Below, in pieces: positions 29,264 to 38,921 of a DNA stretch of 64,000 nucleotides (the stretch's first letter is position 1; each line of letters begins with the position of its first letter). This DNA is from a virus. The notes beneath the pieces were generated by a model. That model did no database searches and was not told the DNA's origin. It was given only the letters and a program-made list of their open reading frames with translations. The DNA lies in the IMG/VR virus record IMGVR_UViG_3300043411_001246, positions 7,458 to 71,457 of that record; one strand, given 5' to 3'. Position numbers and translations under genes: made by a program.

Positions 29264-29986
29264 ATGCCCAGCACCATCACCGTCCCCACCAAGCCCCAGA
29301 TGGGCGGCAGCGCGTTTGCCGTCGCCGATGCCCTCGTGACCGTCGCCACCGCGGCCAAGGCCGACCTGGACAAGGCGCCGAGCCTGGTCCGCGGCGTGGT
29401 GTTCGCCAACGTGGCCGACCTCACGGCCTTCACCGTGGCCTCCAACGACGGCCTCACCTACGTGGCCGGGGAGCGCGTGCTTCTGGCCAACCAGACCACC
29501 GCCGCCCAGTGCGGCATTTACGTCGTGGGCACGGTCGGCGGCGGCACCGCTGCCCTGACCCGCGCCGACGACTTCGCCACCGCCGCCGCCATCAACAACG
29601 GCTGCGTCGTGGAGGTCTCCGAGGGCACCCTCTGGGCCGGCTCCTCGTGGAAGGCCATGTGCACCGGCAGCAAGGTCGTCGGCACGGACGACCCGCTGTT
29701 CTATCCCCGCGTGGTCAAGGGCACCCTGACGCTGGTGGCCGGCACCATCACCCTCGGCGCGACGCAGGGGCTCTACCTCTTCAGCACCACCCGCAGTTCC
29801 GTCGTGGTCACCCGCAACACCGCCGGCACCTCGACCGCCACGACCGGCGGCTACGCGGCCCCGGTCGCGTCCCGCACCGCCGGCAAGTCCGGCACCGCGG
29901 CGGTCCTGATCCGGGCCGAGGTGGCCGCCGGCACTATCAACAACGCCGACGTGAGCACGCTGGACTTCTGCATCACCAACTGGTGA
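29264..29986 (+). CDS. virion structural protein (head decoration / fibre-like)
   Basis: DGLTYVAGERVLLANQTTAAQCGIYVV motif seen in phage fibres; Thr/Ala/Gly-rich; located in the head module. Confidence 0.6.
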   Translation: MPSTITVPTKPQMGGSAFAVADALVTVATAAKADLDKAPSLVRGVVFANVADLTAFTVASNDGLTYVAGERVLLANQTTAAQCGIYVVGTVGGGTAALTRADDFATAAAINNGCVVEVSEGTLWAGSSWKAMCTGSKVVGTDDPLFYPRVVKGTLTLVAGTITLGATQGLYLFSTTRSSVVVTRNTAGTSTATTGGYAAPVASRTAGKSGTAAVLIRAEVAAGTINNADVSTLDFCITNW

Positions 29987-29990
29987 CCCG

Positions 29991-31739
29991 GTGAGCACCA
30001 ACGCCCGCCTGGATCTGGGCGTGGGCGATGTCCACCAGCCCGGCGCCGTACGCGCCGCCCGCCCCGCCAAAACCAACAAGACCATGGCCGCCCTCGACAC
30101 CCCGGAGCGCGTCGCGCAAGCCCGCGCGCGCCTCGACAAGAGCAAGGCCACCCTCACGCCGGAAGCCTACGCCAAGGCCCGCGCCGACCTCGACCGGGCT
30201 ACACGGGCGCTGAGCCCGGACAAGCCCCGGCGCCGCAAGATGCACCTGTCGATCAAGCACCCGGTGCATGGTCGGCTGGAACTGCACCTCGCGGACACCG
30301 AGCGCACGGTGCAGGCGCCCAGCCTGTTGCTGGCCGCAGGTGGCGGCGACGACGGCCCGCGCTGGCAGCAGATCGCCAAGGTCGGGGAGTTCCGCGGCCA
30401 CCCGGCCGGACCCTTCGCCCTGACCCCGGTGGTGTTCTCGGACATCTGCCGCAACTTCACCGAGGTGGACGGCGGCCAGGTCGCGTTTGATTTTGAGCAC
30501 GCCTCGGAACTCGAACCGACCGAGGGCAGCATTCCGGCCGAAGGCGCCCCCGCGCAGGGCTGGATCCGCCAGCTCGACAACCGCGGGATCAGCGGCCTGT
30601 GGGCGCTGGTGGAGTGGTTGGAGCCGGCCCGGACCTACATCCGGCAGGGCAAATACCGCCACGTCAGCCCGGCCATCCGGTTCAACGCCAAGCACCCGGA
30701 GACCGGCAAGCCCATCGGGGCCCGGCTCACCAGCGTGGCCCTCACCAACAAGCCCTTTTTGCGAGGAATGGTACCCGTCATGGCGACCGACACCACCCCG
30801 GCCGGCGACGGGCAGACCGTCACGATGTCGGCCTATTCGAGCCACGAGTTCATGCCGCGCCTGCGCGCCTGCCTGAAGCTCGGGGAGCTGGCCTCGCCGG
30901 CCGAGTGCAACGACGCCCTCTCGCGCGTCTGCGACCTGTACGAGGCAGCCGGCGGCAACCCGGGCGCCCTCGTCCACGGCGTCGACCTCGGGACGTACAC
31001 GCGCCCGATGCGCGACCTCGCCAACCTGCCCACCCACCACACCTGGGAACAGGTGTTCGAGGCCATGCGCGCGCTGATCCAGGCCGCCATCGCCGAACAC
31101 GAGGTCGAGCACCACTCGGCCGAAGACGAAGACGAACCGCCGTCCAGCCGGACAGGCGCGGAGACCCCCGCCATGAGCGACAAGAACCACGCCGAAGAGA
31201 ATGCCCGGCTGCTGCGCGACAACGCCGAGCAAGCCACCAAGCTGACCGCCACCGAGACCCGCGCCCTCAAGGCCGAGGCCGACCTGAACGCGGCCACCCT
31301 CACCCTGCGCGCCCGCGACGCCGAGGTGGTCACGCTCAACGAGCAGGCCGCCAAGGTGCAGGCCGAACTCGACGCCCTGCGCGCCGAGCAGGCCACCCGC
31401 CTGGCCGCCGACCGCGAGGCCGAGGTGGCCGAAGCCATCGCCGCGCACGGCAAGGCCAAGGGCATCGCTGCCGGCGACAAGGACGCGCTGCTGGCGCTCC
31501 TGACCGCCTCGCCAGACGCCTTCCGCAAGCTCTATCCGAAGGTGGACCCGGCCAAGCGCCTGCTGTCCATCGAGGTCGTCCCGCCGCGCGCGCCGGACGC
31601 GCCGGCCGCCGTGCTCGGCGCCGACGACCCGGCCGCCGTCGTCACCGATGTCCGCGGCGCGATCCGCGCGCTCTCCGAGGCCAGGGGCATTTCGCTCGAG
31701 GCCGCCCAGAACATCTTCTTCAACCGCAAGGGGGCCTGA
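29991..31739 (+). CDS. Mu-like prohead protease I with scaffold C-terminus
   Basis: FDFEH, PAQGWI, LWALVEW, YRHVSP, VALTNKPFL; coiled-coil C-terminus. Confidence 0.9.
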   Translation: MSTNARLDLGVGDVHQPGAVRAARPAKTNKTMAALDTPERVAQARARLDKSKATLTPEAYAKARADLDRATRALSPDKPRRRKMHLSIKHPVHGRLELHLADTERTVQAPSLLLAAGGGDDGPRWQQIAKVGEFRGHPAGPFALTPVVFSDICRNFTEVDGGQVAFDFEHASELEPTEGSIPAEGAPAQGWIRQLDNRGISGLWALVEWLEPARTYIRQGKYRHVSPAIRFNAKHPETGKPIGARLTSVALTNKPFLRGMVPVMATDTTPAGDGQTVTMSAYSSHEFMPRLRACLKLGELASPAECNDALSRVCDLYEAAGGNPGALVHGVDLGTYTRPMRDLANLPTHHTWEQVFEAMRALIQAAIAEHEVEHHSAEDEDEPPSSRTGAETPAMSDKNHAEENARLLRDNAEQATKLTATETRALKAEADLNAATLTLRARDAEVVTLNEQAAKVQAELDALRAEQATRLAADREAEVAEAIAAHGKAKGIAAGDKDALLALLTASPDAFRKLYPKVDPAKRLLSIEVVPPRAPDAPAAVLGADDPAAVVTDVRGAIRALSEARGISLEAAQNIFFNRKGA

Positions 31740-31742
31740 GCC

Positions 31743-32171
31743 ATGGCCGTCTACGAGCAGATCTCTTCCACGCCGTCCCTGGGGGATTTCCCCTTCAAGA
31801 ACTACGGCGGCTCGACCGTCGCGGCCAACCTGGCCGTGATCATCGACACCTCCAACGTCGTCTCGCCCACCGGCACCAACAACGCCGCTGGCATCGCCCT
31901 GCCCGGCTCGGCCGGCGTCTCCGTCGTCGGCGTGACCACGGCCGACATCGCCGCTGGCGCCACCGGCATCGTCCGCACCAGCGGCATCGCGCTGATCAAG
32001 TGCGAGGGCACCATCACCGCCGGCACCATGGTGCAGGCCAGCGCCACCGCCCTCAAGGTCGGCTGGGCCAAGGCCCACTCGGCCGCCGCCGCCCAGATCG
32101 GCATGGCCATCACCTCCTCGACCGAGGGCGAGCTGATCGCCGTCCTCCTCCAGCCCGCCAAGAACGCCTGA
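31743..32171 (+). CDS. capsid cement / decoration protein (DUF2190-like)
   Basis: VVGV..DIAAG..SGIA..IGMA..GELIAVLL, between protease and capsid. Confidence 0.7.
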   Translation: MAVYEQISSTPSLGDFPFKNYGGSTVAANLAVIIDTSNVVSPTGTNNAAGIALPGSAGVSVVGVTTADIAAGATGIVRTSGIALIKCEGTITAGTMVQASATALKVGWAKAHSAAAAQIGMAITSSTEGELIAVLLQPAKNA

Positions 32172-32188
32172 GCCCGGAGCCCCCTACC

Positions 32189-33433
32189 ATGGCGAAATCT
32201 CACGTCATCGATTACAAGGACGGCTCGGGCCGCGCCTTCAAACTCGACATCAACAACGGCCACGTCTACGACGCCAGCGGCGCCGAGGTCACCAAGCTGT
32301 CGGTCATGGACCGCACGCAGGACCAGACCCGCGCGGCCATCCTCGCCGACTACTGCGCCGAGTTCTCCGCCGCCAACCTGGCCCTGGCCAGCAGCAACGG
32401 CGACCGCGAGCAGGCCAAGGCCATCTTCTCGTCGGCGCGCGAGTCCAGCATCCGCATGGACCTCGGGACCGGCGACGTTCACCAGGCCGCCTCCCTGCCG
32501 AACTACGCGGCCGGCTACGCCAACGCGCCCCCCATGGCCGACGTGGTGAGCCCCGCCCTGCTGGTGCCGAAGCCCAGCGACAAGTTCTACACGTTCGCCA
32601 AGGAGGACGCCTTCCAGACGGCCAACCCGTCGGTCGGCGCCCCTGGCGGGCAGGTGGCCGAGATCAGCCCCCGGCTGAGCAACGCGACCTTCACCACCGT
32701 CGAGTACGCGCTCGGCGGCTTCGTGTCCTCGCAGATCGAGGCGGCGGCCGACGCCCCCCTCAAGATCCGGCAGGCGACCGCGCGCCGCATCATGCAGGCG
32801 CTCATGCTCAACCGCGAGCTGCGCGTCTCCACCATGCTGACCACCTCGGCCAACTGGGCCAGCGCCAACGTCGGCGACCTGACCGCGGCCGGCGCGGCCT
32901 ACAAGTGGAACGCGGGCGCGTCGTCCGATCCGGTCAAGGATCTGATGGACCGCATGGAGGCCTCGTGGGGCGAGTGCAGCGGCATCCTCATGCCGTTCCC
33001 CGTCTACAACGCCTTCGTACGCAACAACGCGGTGCGGGCGTTCTACGCCTACAAGAACAACGCCTCGCCCATCCCGAGCCCCGCCGAGATCTCGGCGCTG
33101 CTTCAGCTCCCGCCCATCTACGTCGCCAAGATGCAGGCCATGTCGTCCTCGACGGCCAAGTCCTACATCTGGGGCAACGACGTGGTGCTGTTCCGGCAGC
33201 CCCCGCAGATGCCCCCGGCGTCGCAGGACGACGTGGCCACCAGCTACACCTTCCGGTGGAGCCAGAGCGGCAGCCAGGACGCGAGCCAGTCGTCCGGCGG
33301 GTTCATCGTGCGCGAGTTCTTCAACCAGAACCGCGGCTCGCAGGGCGGCAACATGATGGTGGTCATCCACCAGGACGTGGAGACCATGACCTCCACCTAC
33401 GTCGGCGGCGTCATCAAGGGCGCGTACCAGTGA
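32189..33433 (+). CDS. major capsid protein
   Basis: 414 aa; GDVH..NYAAGYAN..ADVVSP..V..SDKFY; KWN..SSDPVKD; position and codon bias. Confidence 0.85.
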   Translation: MAKSHVIDYKDGSGRAFKLDINNGHVYDASGAEVTKLSVMDRTQDQTRAAILADYCAEFSAANLALASSNGDREQAKAIFSSARESSIRMDLGTGDVHQAASLPNYAAGYANAPPMADVVSPALLVPKPSDKFYTFAKEDAFQTANPSVGAPGGQVAEISPRLSNATFTTVEYALGGFVSSQIEAAADAPLKIRQATARRIMQALMLNRELRVSTMLTTSANWASANVGDLTAAGAAYKWNAGASSDPVKDLMDRMEASWGECSGILMPFPVYNAFVRNNAVRAFYAYKNNASPIPSPAEISALLQLPPIYVAKMQAMSSSTAKSYIWGNDVVLFRQPPQMPPASQDDVATSYTFRWSQSGSQDASQSSGGFIVREFFNQNRGSQGGNMMVVIHQDVETMTSTYVGGVIKGAYQ

Positions 33434-33442
33434 GCGTGACCG

Positions 33443-33709
33443 ATGGCCGACAAATTTGACGGGCAGAGTCCCGGCTGGATCGGTCATTGTCGTTACACGG
33501 TCGCCGTCACCGCCGCGGACGCCACGACCTACGACCCGCCCCTGCGCATCCTGCGGTGCGTGACGGCGGGTACCGTGGTCGTGGTGCTGGACGGTGACGA
33601 CGCCGCCACCACGCACTCCCGGGCGATGGCCGCGGACGACGAGATCACCAACCTCGCCGTCAAGATCGTCAAGACCGCCTCGACGGGCACTTACGTCGGG
33701 TTTCGTTGA
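33443..33709 (+). CDS. head spike base protein (Rcc01079-like)
   Basis: 88 aa; AVTAADATTY..LRILRC..AGTVVV..VKIVKT. Confidence 0.6.
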   Translation: MADKFDGQSPGWIGHCRYTVAVTAADATTYDPPLRILRCVTAGTVVVVLDGDDAATTHSRAMAADDEITNLAVKIVKTASTGTYVGFR

Positions 33710-34170
33710 TGGCCTACCTGACGCAGACCGACCTGGAAAACAGGCTCGGTGTCCCTCGCGTCCTGGCCCTCTACGACGACGACAACACCGGGACCATCAA
33801 CGCGGCGGCCATGACGGCCCTGCTGCAAACGGCCTCGGACCTCGTGGACGGCACCATCGCGCGCAGCTACACCGGCACCTTCCCGATGGCCTCGCCGCCC
33901 CCGGCGCTGGCCAAGGAAGCCGCGGTCCTGTACGCGATGGCGCTGTCGTTCGAGCGCAAGCCTGAGTTCGCGCTGCGTCTCGAGGACAGCTACCTGACGC
34001 GGCTGCGCACGCAAGCCGACAAGCTCTGTGAGCGCATCGCGACCGGGCTGGCCAAGATGGTCGATGCGCCGCCCCCGGTGGCGTCGTCGGTCGTCACGGG
34101 CGGTGTCGTGCAGACCTCCACCACGATGTTCACCGTCGTGGACGGCTCCTCTTCGTTCGGCGACTTCTTA
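33709..34170 (+). CDS. head-tail adaptor (Mu gp36 / DUF1320-like); end placed at TTA 34168-34170 (standard code runs to 35556)
   Basis: MAYLTQTDLENRLG..L.DDD..ASDLVDG.I..Y..P; TTA overlaps the next ATG as TTATG. Confidence 0.75.
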
Positions 34171-34688
34171 TGTTCACCGTCGAGATCGACCTCTCCGACC
34201 TGCCGCCCCGCGGCAAGGAGATGGCGGAAGACCTGCGCCGCCGGGCGTCGGATGCCGCCATGGATGAGGCCACCGAGACGATGCGCCGCATCCTGTCCGG
34301 GAACTACTGGCAGGACCGCACCGGCAAGACCAAGGCGTCGTTCAAGGTCACCCCCCTGGGCGAGGACGGCGGCACGGGCGCCCGGGTGTCGTCGGGCCGG
34401 GCCATTGCCCGGTTCATCAACGACGGGACCAAGGCGCACGTCATCATGCCGCGGCTGCGCGGCGGCGCGTCCGGCCCCGTCCAGCAAGGGCAGGGCAGGG
34501 GAGGCAAGGGCCGCAGTCTCCTCCGGTTCGTCGTCAACGGCGCCAAGGTGTTCGCGCGTCGCGTGCGCCACCCGGGCACCAAGGCCCGCAACTTCATCAC
34601 CATCGAGTCCTCGGCCGCCGAGCCGCGCTTCCTGGCAACGGGTGAGCGCGCGGCGCAAGAGGCCATCTTCTCGGCAGGGCTCGGATAA
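34170..34688 (+). CDS. neck / tail completion protein (HK97 gp10-like)
   Basis: DRTGKT, FINDGTKAH, VRHPGTKARNF. Confidence 0.75.
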   Translation: MFTVEIDLSDLPPRGKEMAEDLRRRASDAAMDEATETMRRILSGNYWQDRTGKTKASFKVTPLGEDGGTGARVSSGRAIARFINDGTKAHVIMPRLRGGASGPVQQGQGRGGKGRSLLRFVVNGAKVFARRVRHPGTKARNFITIESSAAEPRFLATGERAAQEAIFSAGLG

Positions 34689-35128
34689 TGGCCACCTCGA
34701 TCCTCACCAACGCCGGCCGCCTGGCCCTGTCCAAGACGGCGACGGCGTGGGACGCCGCCACGTTCAAGGTGCTGCTGGCCAGGCCGACGTACACGCCGTC
34801 GGTCACCGACGCCACCATCGCCGCGGCCAGCGCCTACGAGATCAGCGGCACCGGCTACACGGGCGGCTACGGCGGCAGCGGTCGCAAGACCCTGGCGTCC
34901 AAGACCGTCGCCCTGGACGCACAGGGCCGCGTGGTGTTCGACGCCGCGGACCTGACCTGGACGGCGCTCGACGCCGGGGCCGTCGGGTGGGTGTGCGTCG
35001 TGGTCGAGACCGGCGGCACCGATGCTACCGGCCTGCTGGTCGCTGCCCTGTCCTACCCGGTGACCGACCCGGCCGGCGGCGACCTCGCCGTGATCTGGCC
35101 CTCCACCGGCCTCTTCTACCTCGCCTGA
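34688..35128 (+). CDS. virion structural protein
   Basis: FKVLL..EISGTGYTGG..FDAADLTW motif typical of phage structural proteins. Confidence 0.65.
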   Translation: MATSILTNAGRLALSKTATAWDAATFKVLLARPTYTPSVTDATIAAASAYEISGTGYTGGYGGSGRKTLASKTVALDAQGRVVFDAADLTWTALDAGAVGWVCVVVETGGTDATGLLVAALSYPVTDPAGGDLAVIWPSTGLFYLA

Positions 35129-35131
35129 CCC

Positions 35132-35911
35132 ATGACCCAACCCGCCAGCGCCACCGCGTCGTTTGCGACGCAGGGACCGAGCGCGACCGAGGCCGGCGAG
35201 CAACGCCTGCGCATGGGCGGCGCCTTGATCGCGCCCCTGGCGCCGGTTGCCCAATCCGCCTCCCTGCTGCGCCCCTGCGACCCGTTCGTGGCCGAGGCGC
35301 TGCCCTACTTCAAGCACGTCCTCAACCACTACCTCGGCAAACCGTACGCGGCGGCCCTGGCGTGGGGCGGGGCGCCCGCCGGGACACAGGCGTGCATCGA
35401 CACGATGACCGTCGACCCGGCGCCGTACCTCGGCAACATCACCCGGCGTTACCCGCTGCTGGCCCTGTACGCCGTCAACGGCCGGGGTGGCGAGCGCACC
35501 CTGTCCCGGTCGATGACCGCGGCCAAGTACCGCCTCGTCTACATCCTGCGCGGTGACCTGAACCTCGACCAGCACGAGCGCGTGGCGCCGATGCTGCGCG
35601 CCGCGGTGGACCTGCTGACGCTGGCCACCGACCTCGGCGGCCTCGACCACTACGAGAGCGGCCGGCGCGTCTGGGCTGAGGGTGGCGCCGACCGCGTGGC
35701 CCTGACCTCGTGGGAAATCGGGGCGTTTGCGCCGGGCGACGACGTGGGCGGGATGTTCCCCGCGCTGCAAGCCGACATCGAGGCTGAACTCTACTCGCGA
35801 CTCGACAGCGAGGCCGCCCTGCCGCTGTGGAGCCACGACCTGACCGTGGCGCTGGGCACCGATGGCGACGCCATCGATGTCGTCACCGCCTACTCGGAAA
35901 ACGAACCATGA
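35132..35911 (+). CDS. tail terminator-like protein (putative)
   Basis: Position before the sheath; YPLLALY. Confidence 0.5.
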   Translation: MTQPASATASFATQGPSATEAGEQRLRMGGALIAPLAPVAQSASLLRPCDPFVAEALPYFKHVLNHYLGKPYAAALAWGGAPAGTQACIDTMTVDPAPYLGNITRRYPLLALYAVNGRGGERTLSRSMTAAKYRLVYILRGDLNLDQHERVAPMLRAAVDLLTLATDLGGLDHYESGRRVWAEGGADRVALTSWEIGAFAPGDDVGGMFPALQADIEAELYSRLDSEAALPLWSHDLTVALGTDGDAIDVVTAYSENEP

Positions 35912-36186
35912 CCCTACCCCTCGTCCGCTGGTCGTTTGCCGGCGTCGATGGCGTCAACGTCCAGTGCCCGCGCGCCCTGGACAACGGCGTCGCCCGCATC
36001 CTCGGCAAGCGGTTCGTCGATGGCGCCTACGCGCTGTCCGAGCCGACCGCCTACACCCTCAGCAAACGCGAGGCCGCCATGCTGCGCGGCCACTTCGCCA
36101 AGTGCCTGCGCGCGGGCGAGCTGCTGCCCGCCGACGCCGCCACCGCCGCCGCCTTCGGTCTGACCTTCAAGGAGCCCGCACAATGA
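35908..36186 (+). CDS. small protein preceding the sheath
   Basis: ATGA overlaps at both ends; CLRAGEL. Confidence 0.55.
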   Translation: MTLPLVRWSFAGVDGVNVQCPRALDNGVARILGKRFVDGAYALSEPTAYTLSKREAAMLRGHFAKCLRAGELLPADAATAAAFGLTFKEPAQ

Positions 36187-37724
36187 GCACCCTCAGCATG
36201 GCCCTGACCGGGCTTGACACCAGCAACCCCGTCCCCGGCATCTATGCGGAGGTGCGGTTTGCGCAAGGCCAGACCGCGGGCGACCTCGGGCCCAAGCGCG
36301 TCCTGATCCTCGCGCCCAAGACCAGCGCCGGCAGCATCACCGTGGACACGCAGATCGTCGGGCCCCTGTCCGACGAGGCGGACTTCATCACCTACGCCGG
36401 CCCCGGCTCGGTCGCGCACCGCATGGCCCGCGCCTTCCTGGCGTCGTGCAAGTCCGTCGAGGTCTACCTGCTGTGCCCGACCGCGGCCACCGGGTCGGCC
36501 GCCGTGGACCTCATCACCCTGACCACGACCGCCACCGCCAACGGCGTGCTGACGATCACCTTCGCGGGCGAGGACATCGACGTGCCGATCACCACCGGGG
36601 ACACCCCGACGGTCATCGGTGACGCCGCGGTGATTGCCTTCAACAACCGGACCTGGCTGCCGGCGACGGCGGCCAATGCCTCGGGCGTCGTGACCTTCAC
36701 CGGCAAGGTGGCCGGGGTGGATCTGAACAGCATCCGGTTCCGCGCCAAGATCACCGGCACGGGCGTCGGCACCACCGTGGCCCCGACCGCGGACACCGCC
36801 TTCGGTGCGTCGGCCGTCGGCGCAGCGGCCATCGGCGTCGGCACCATCTCCTACACCGCCGCGCTGGCCACCATGCTGGCGCGGAGCTTCGATTACATCC
36901 TGGCCGGCGTGCAGCTCGCCGCCCCCATCGACGCGCTGCTCGATCAGGTGTCGATCCAGGCCGAGCCCTCGACCGGGTTCCGGCAGAAGTGCATCTTCGG
37001 CGCGGCGCTTACCCCGTCGGCCGCCGTCACCCTCGCCAGCGGCACCTCGATGAACCGGCCGCGTGCGCGGCTGGTCAACGCCGAGGAGTGCCCGGTCGAG
37101 CACTACGTGCTGTGCGCCACGGTCGGCGCCAGCATGATCAAGGAAGAGACCGTGGACCCGTCGTTCAACTTCGATAGCTACGGCGCCAAGCCCGGCCAGA
37201 CGCTCATCCTCTCGGCGCCGTACAACGACAGCGCCCGGCCGACGATGACCGAGTTGAAGACCATGCTCAACGGCGGCGTGACCCCCATCGCCTACACCGA
37301 CGGCGGGCAGCCCTACGTGGTCCGGTCGATCACCACGTACTGCAAGAACGGTAGCAACTTCGATTACCGCGTCCGCGATTCGCATGTCGTGTGCATTGCC
37401 GACAAGTTCGCCAGCGATCAGGTGGCCAAGTTCGCCGCCTCGCCGTGGACCAAGGTGACCAGCGATCCGGTTGCAGGTGCCCGCGAGCCGGCCCCGGAGT
37501 TCGCCACCCCGCGGCGCATCAAGGCCAGCGTCGAGCAGCTCGTCTCGGACTACGTGGACGCCGGCTGGCTCGACCCGGCCAAACGGCAGGCGACCATCGA
37601 TGGCATCCAGGTCGGCCAGGATCCGAGCCTGCCCAGCCGGATCAACATCAGCGTGCCGCTCTACAGCGCCATCCTGCTGCACCAGCACGCGCTGCTGGTC
37701 AAAGAGTCCAGCGCCGCCACCTGA
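36183..37724 (+). CDS. contractile tail sheath protein (Mu gpL-like)
   Basis: VPGIYAEV, GPGSVAHRM, LNGGVTPI, VVRSITTY, PSRINISVP. Confidence 0.9.
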   Translation: MSTLSMALTGLDTSNPVPGIYAEVRFAQGQTAGDLGPKRVLILAPKTSAGSITVDTQIVGPLSDEADFITYAGPGSVAHRMARAFLASCKSVEVYLLCPTAATGSAAVDLITLTTTATANGVLTITFAGEDIDVPITTGDTPTVIGDAAVIAFNNRTWLPATAANASGVVTFTGKVAGVDLNSIRFRAKITGTGVGTTVAPTADTAFGASAVGAAAIGVGTISYTAALATMLARSFDYILAGVQLAAPIDALLDQVSIQAEPSTGFRQKCIFGAALTPSAAVTLASGTSMNRPRARLVNAEECPVEHYVLCATVGASMIKEETVDPSFNFDSYGAKPGQTLILSAPYNDSARPTMTELKTMLNGGVTPIAYTDGGQPYVVRSITTYCKNGSNFDYRVRDSHVVCIADKFASDQVAKFAASPWTKVTSDPVAGAREPAPEFATPRRIKASVEQLVSDYVDAGWLDPAKRQATIDGIQVGQDPSLPSRINISVPLYSAILLHQHALLVKESSAAT

Positions 37725-37855
37725 GACCCGGCCCGCCCGCTGTAGCCCGCCTCCCACATCCCGGCGCCTGACCGCGCCACCCGACCCCGTGACCACGGCC
37801 CGACCACGCACAGACACGCGCGTGCGTCGGGCCATTGCCGTTTGAGGTACCTCCC

Positions 37856-38236
37856 ATGGCCTCCTTGCAGATTTACGACCGTGGCGCCGTCTTCTTCGAC
37901 GGCAAGCTTCTGGTCGAGTGCGTCAGCTTCACCGTCAAATCGGATCCGAAGCTCAACCCCATCAACACCATGCAAAAAGGCTTTGCCGGCGTCAGCCCTG
38001 GCGCCGAGCAGACCGACATCGAGGTGACCGAGGCTCTGCCCCGCGCCGGCTTCGATTACGACGCGCTGACGGCCTTGCAGGGCGTCGAGGTCGTGGAGTT
38101 CGTCTGCTACCTCGGCAGCAAGAAGCTCAAGTGCAAGGGCTTCATCTCGGGCCTCGACATGGCCACGGGCGTGGACAAGGGGGCCGAGGTGAAGTTCAAC
38201 TTCATGGGCTCGCCCCTTGAAGCGTCGGCCTTCTGA
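37856..38236 (+). CDS. tail tube protein
   Basis: 126-aa beta-rich ORF directly after the sheath. Confidence 0.75.
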   Translation: MASLQIYDRGAVFFDGKLLVECVSFTVKSDPKLNPINTMQKGFAGVSPGAEQTDIEVTEALPRAGFDYDALTALQGVEVVEFVCYLGSKKLKCKGFISGLDMATGVDKGAEVKFNFMGSPLEASAF

Positions 38237-38868
38237 TGCCGCTGCCCGAGAACAAGCCGAGCAAGATCCCGGCCGACATCGACCCGCGCCACGTCGCGCC
38301 GGGCGTGCTGGTCCAGCGCCTCATCTCGCGCGGCAAGCTGCGGCACGCCGTGGCCGACTATCCGCGCTTCGATGACGCCGGCCTGCCGGTGGCCAAGGTC
38401 TACGTACGGTTGCTCACCGTGGCCGAGCAAGACCTCGCCCTGGCCAACGCGCGGCTCTACGTCGAGCGGCTGCTGGCCAGCAGCAAGAAGGACCAGGCCC
38501 TCGACTGGCGGCCAGAAGAACTGGAGCACAACGCCCGCATCACGGAGATCCTGGCCGTGGCGTGCCGCGAGCCGGACGACCCGGACAAGGCGTTCTTCCC
38601 GCACGGCGTCCACGAGATGCGCGAGCACTGCACCCCGGAAGAACTCGGGGGCCTCGCCAACGTCTACGCCAAGATCGCCGCCCAGCACCCGCGCCTCGGT
38701 GACCTGACCGATGGTGAGATCGAAGCCTTCTTGCGTGCCGTCAAGGAGGGCACGCTCGAACACCCTTTCTCCTTTTGCTCGCGAGAGCAACTGGAGACCC
38801 TGCTCGATTTTTGCGTGAGGCGGTTGGACGAGACGGGTGCCCTCTCGACTGGCCTCCCACCGACCTGA
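38236..38868 (+). CDS. tail assembly chaperone (G); -1 frameshift product ends at 38918
   Basis: Between tube and tape measure; slippery C CCT TTC at 38763-38769. Confidence 0.75.
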   Translation: MPLPENKPSKIPADIDPRHVAPGVLVQRLISRGKLRHAVADYPRFDDAGLPVAKVYVRLLTVAEQDLALANARLYVERLLASSKKDQALDWRPEELEHNARITEILAVACREPDDPDKAFFPHGVHEMREHCTPEELGGLANVYAKIAAQHPRLGDLTDGEIEAFLRAVKEGTLEHPFSFCSREQLETLLDFCVRRLDETGALSTGLPPT

Positions 38869-38921
38869 TCCTCGCCCTCGGCGTCATGCGCGCCGTGGAC
38901 GAGTTCAACAAGAAATAAACC

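Noticed and set aside
33706-35556. 616-aa ORF as a real long adaptor protein
   Set aside because: After FGDF it is an Arg/Pro-rich off-frame shadow over three good genes; it exists only because TTA is read as Leu.
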